From Clostridia bacterium (GTDB lineage: Bacteria; Bacillota; Clostridia; Christensenellales; CAG-138), in contig JAFSPW010000110.1 of the NCBI GenBank assembly GCA_017451295.1, positions 40,213 to 104,212 of the forward strand: DNA of 64,000 nt. Direction: 5' to 3'. Both the position numbers and the translations under genes were made by a program. Positions 63,878 to 64,000 of this stretch are shown here, in pieces (position 1 is the stretch's first letter; each line of letters starts with the position of its first letter). The notes under the pieces are model-generated. The model was not told the DNA's origin. It made no database searches and saw nothing but the letters and a program-made list of their open reading frames with translations.

Positions 63878-64000
63878 GATACATTCCTCCGATTTTTAGA
63901 ATAGGGGTTTTTGCAGACCGCTTGCCTGCGACTACATTTTACTTGGACAGGCCGCCCCTTGTCAACAGAAAGAAACAGTTTTTTCCTATTCGGCGGGGGA

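Noticed and set aside
1-64000. Search by eye for tRNA, rRNA, tmRNA, CRISPR, IS elements, prophage genes or known defence systems
   Set aside because: None recognised. There are no cloverleaf-like GTTCGAATC-type T-arms in intergenic regions, no regularly spaced repeats, and no transposase, integrase, terminase or capsid-like ORFs. Absence is by inspection only and should be confirmed with tRNAscan, Infernal, ISfinder and defence-system HMMs.

Overview
High-GC (about 60%) Firmicutes/Clostridia chromosome segment from a spore-former; Oscillospiraceae/Ruminococcaceae-like is my inference from gene content and order. All family calls rest on motifs I recognise in the ORF-track translations, on synteny and on hand-checked start sites. 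No database search or HMM was run. Most of the window is conserved housekeeping, largely on the minus strand: rpmF-yceD; a divIVA-sepF-yggS division cluster; the rimP-nusA-ylxR-ylxQ-infB-rbfA-nrnA-truB-ribF-rpsO-pnp superoperon; a split Na+-translocating oxaloacetate-decarboxylase cluster; ytfI-ytfJ-dacB-rluB; PBP1A; a gerA-type germinant receptor operon; ppdK; and yqfC-yqfD-phoH-pgpH-ybeY-cdd-era-yqzL-recO. The ORF track codes TTG and GTG starts as M and often over-extends N-termini, so I re-set many starts using RBS spacing and stop/start overlaps. The many long G/A/L/H/R-rich ORFs antisense to real genes are high-GC mirror-frame artefacts. Accessory or unusual content is as follows. (1) A visibly AT-richer two-gene island at about 37.3-40.7 kb encodes a monocistronic HipA-like kinase with an N-terminal extension and a polytopic PstS-like binding protein. 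It is bracketed by a 98/100-identical 100-nt direct repeat of a lipase 5' end and sits next to a deletion scar (MBOAT/DHHW remnants). (2) Two tandem roughly 140-nt elements at 23.66-23.96 kb share a conserved AT-rich core, but their palindromic, internally duplicated arms differ in sequence and still pair. (3) A DUF4160-DUF2442 cassette sits at the 3' end of a reverse-rubrerythrin gene and is flanked by a duplicated rubrerythrin 3' end. (4) An unannotated 55-codon two-TM ORF lies behind gerAC. (5) Two translationally coupled modules of unknown function are present: DUF5685/J-protein/membrane protein, and esterase/HxxxDG acyltransferase/zinc-ribbon membrane protein. (6) A hairpin-dense roughly 165-nt element with terminal inverted repeats lies next to asnA. 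I recognised no tRNA, rRNA, CRISPR array, transposase or integrase.
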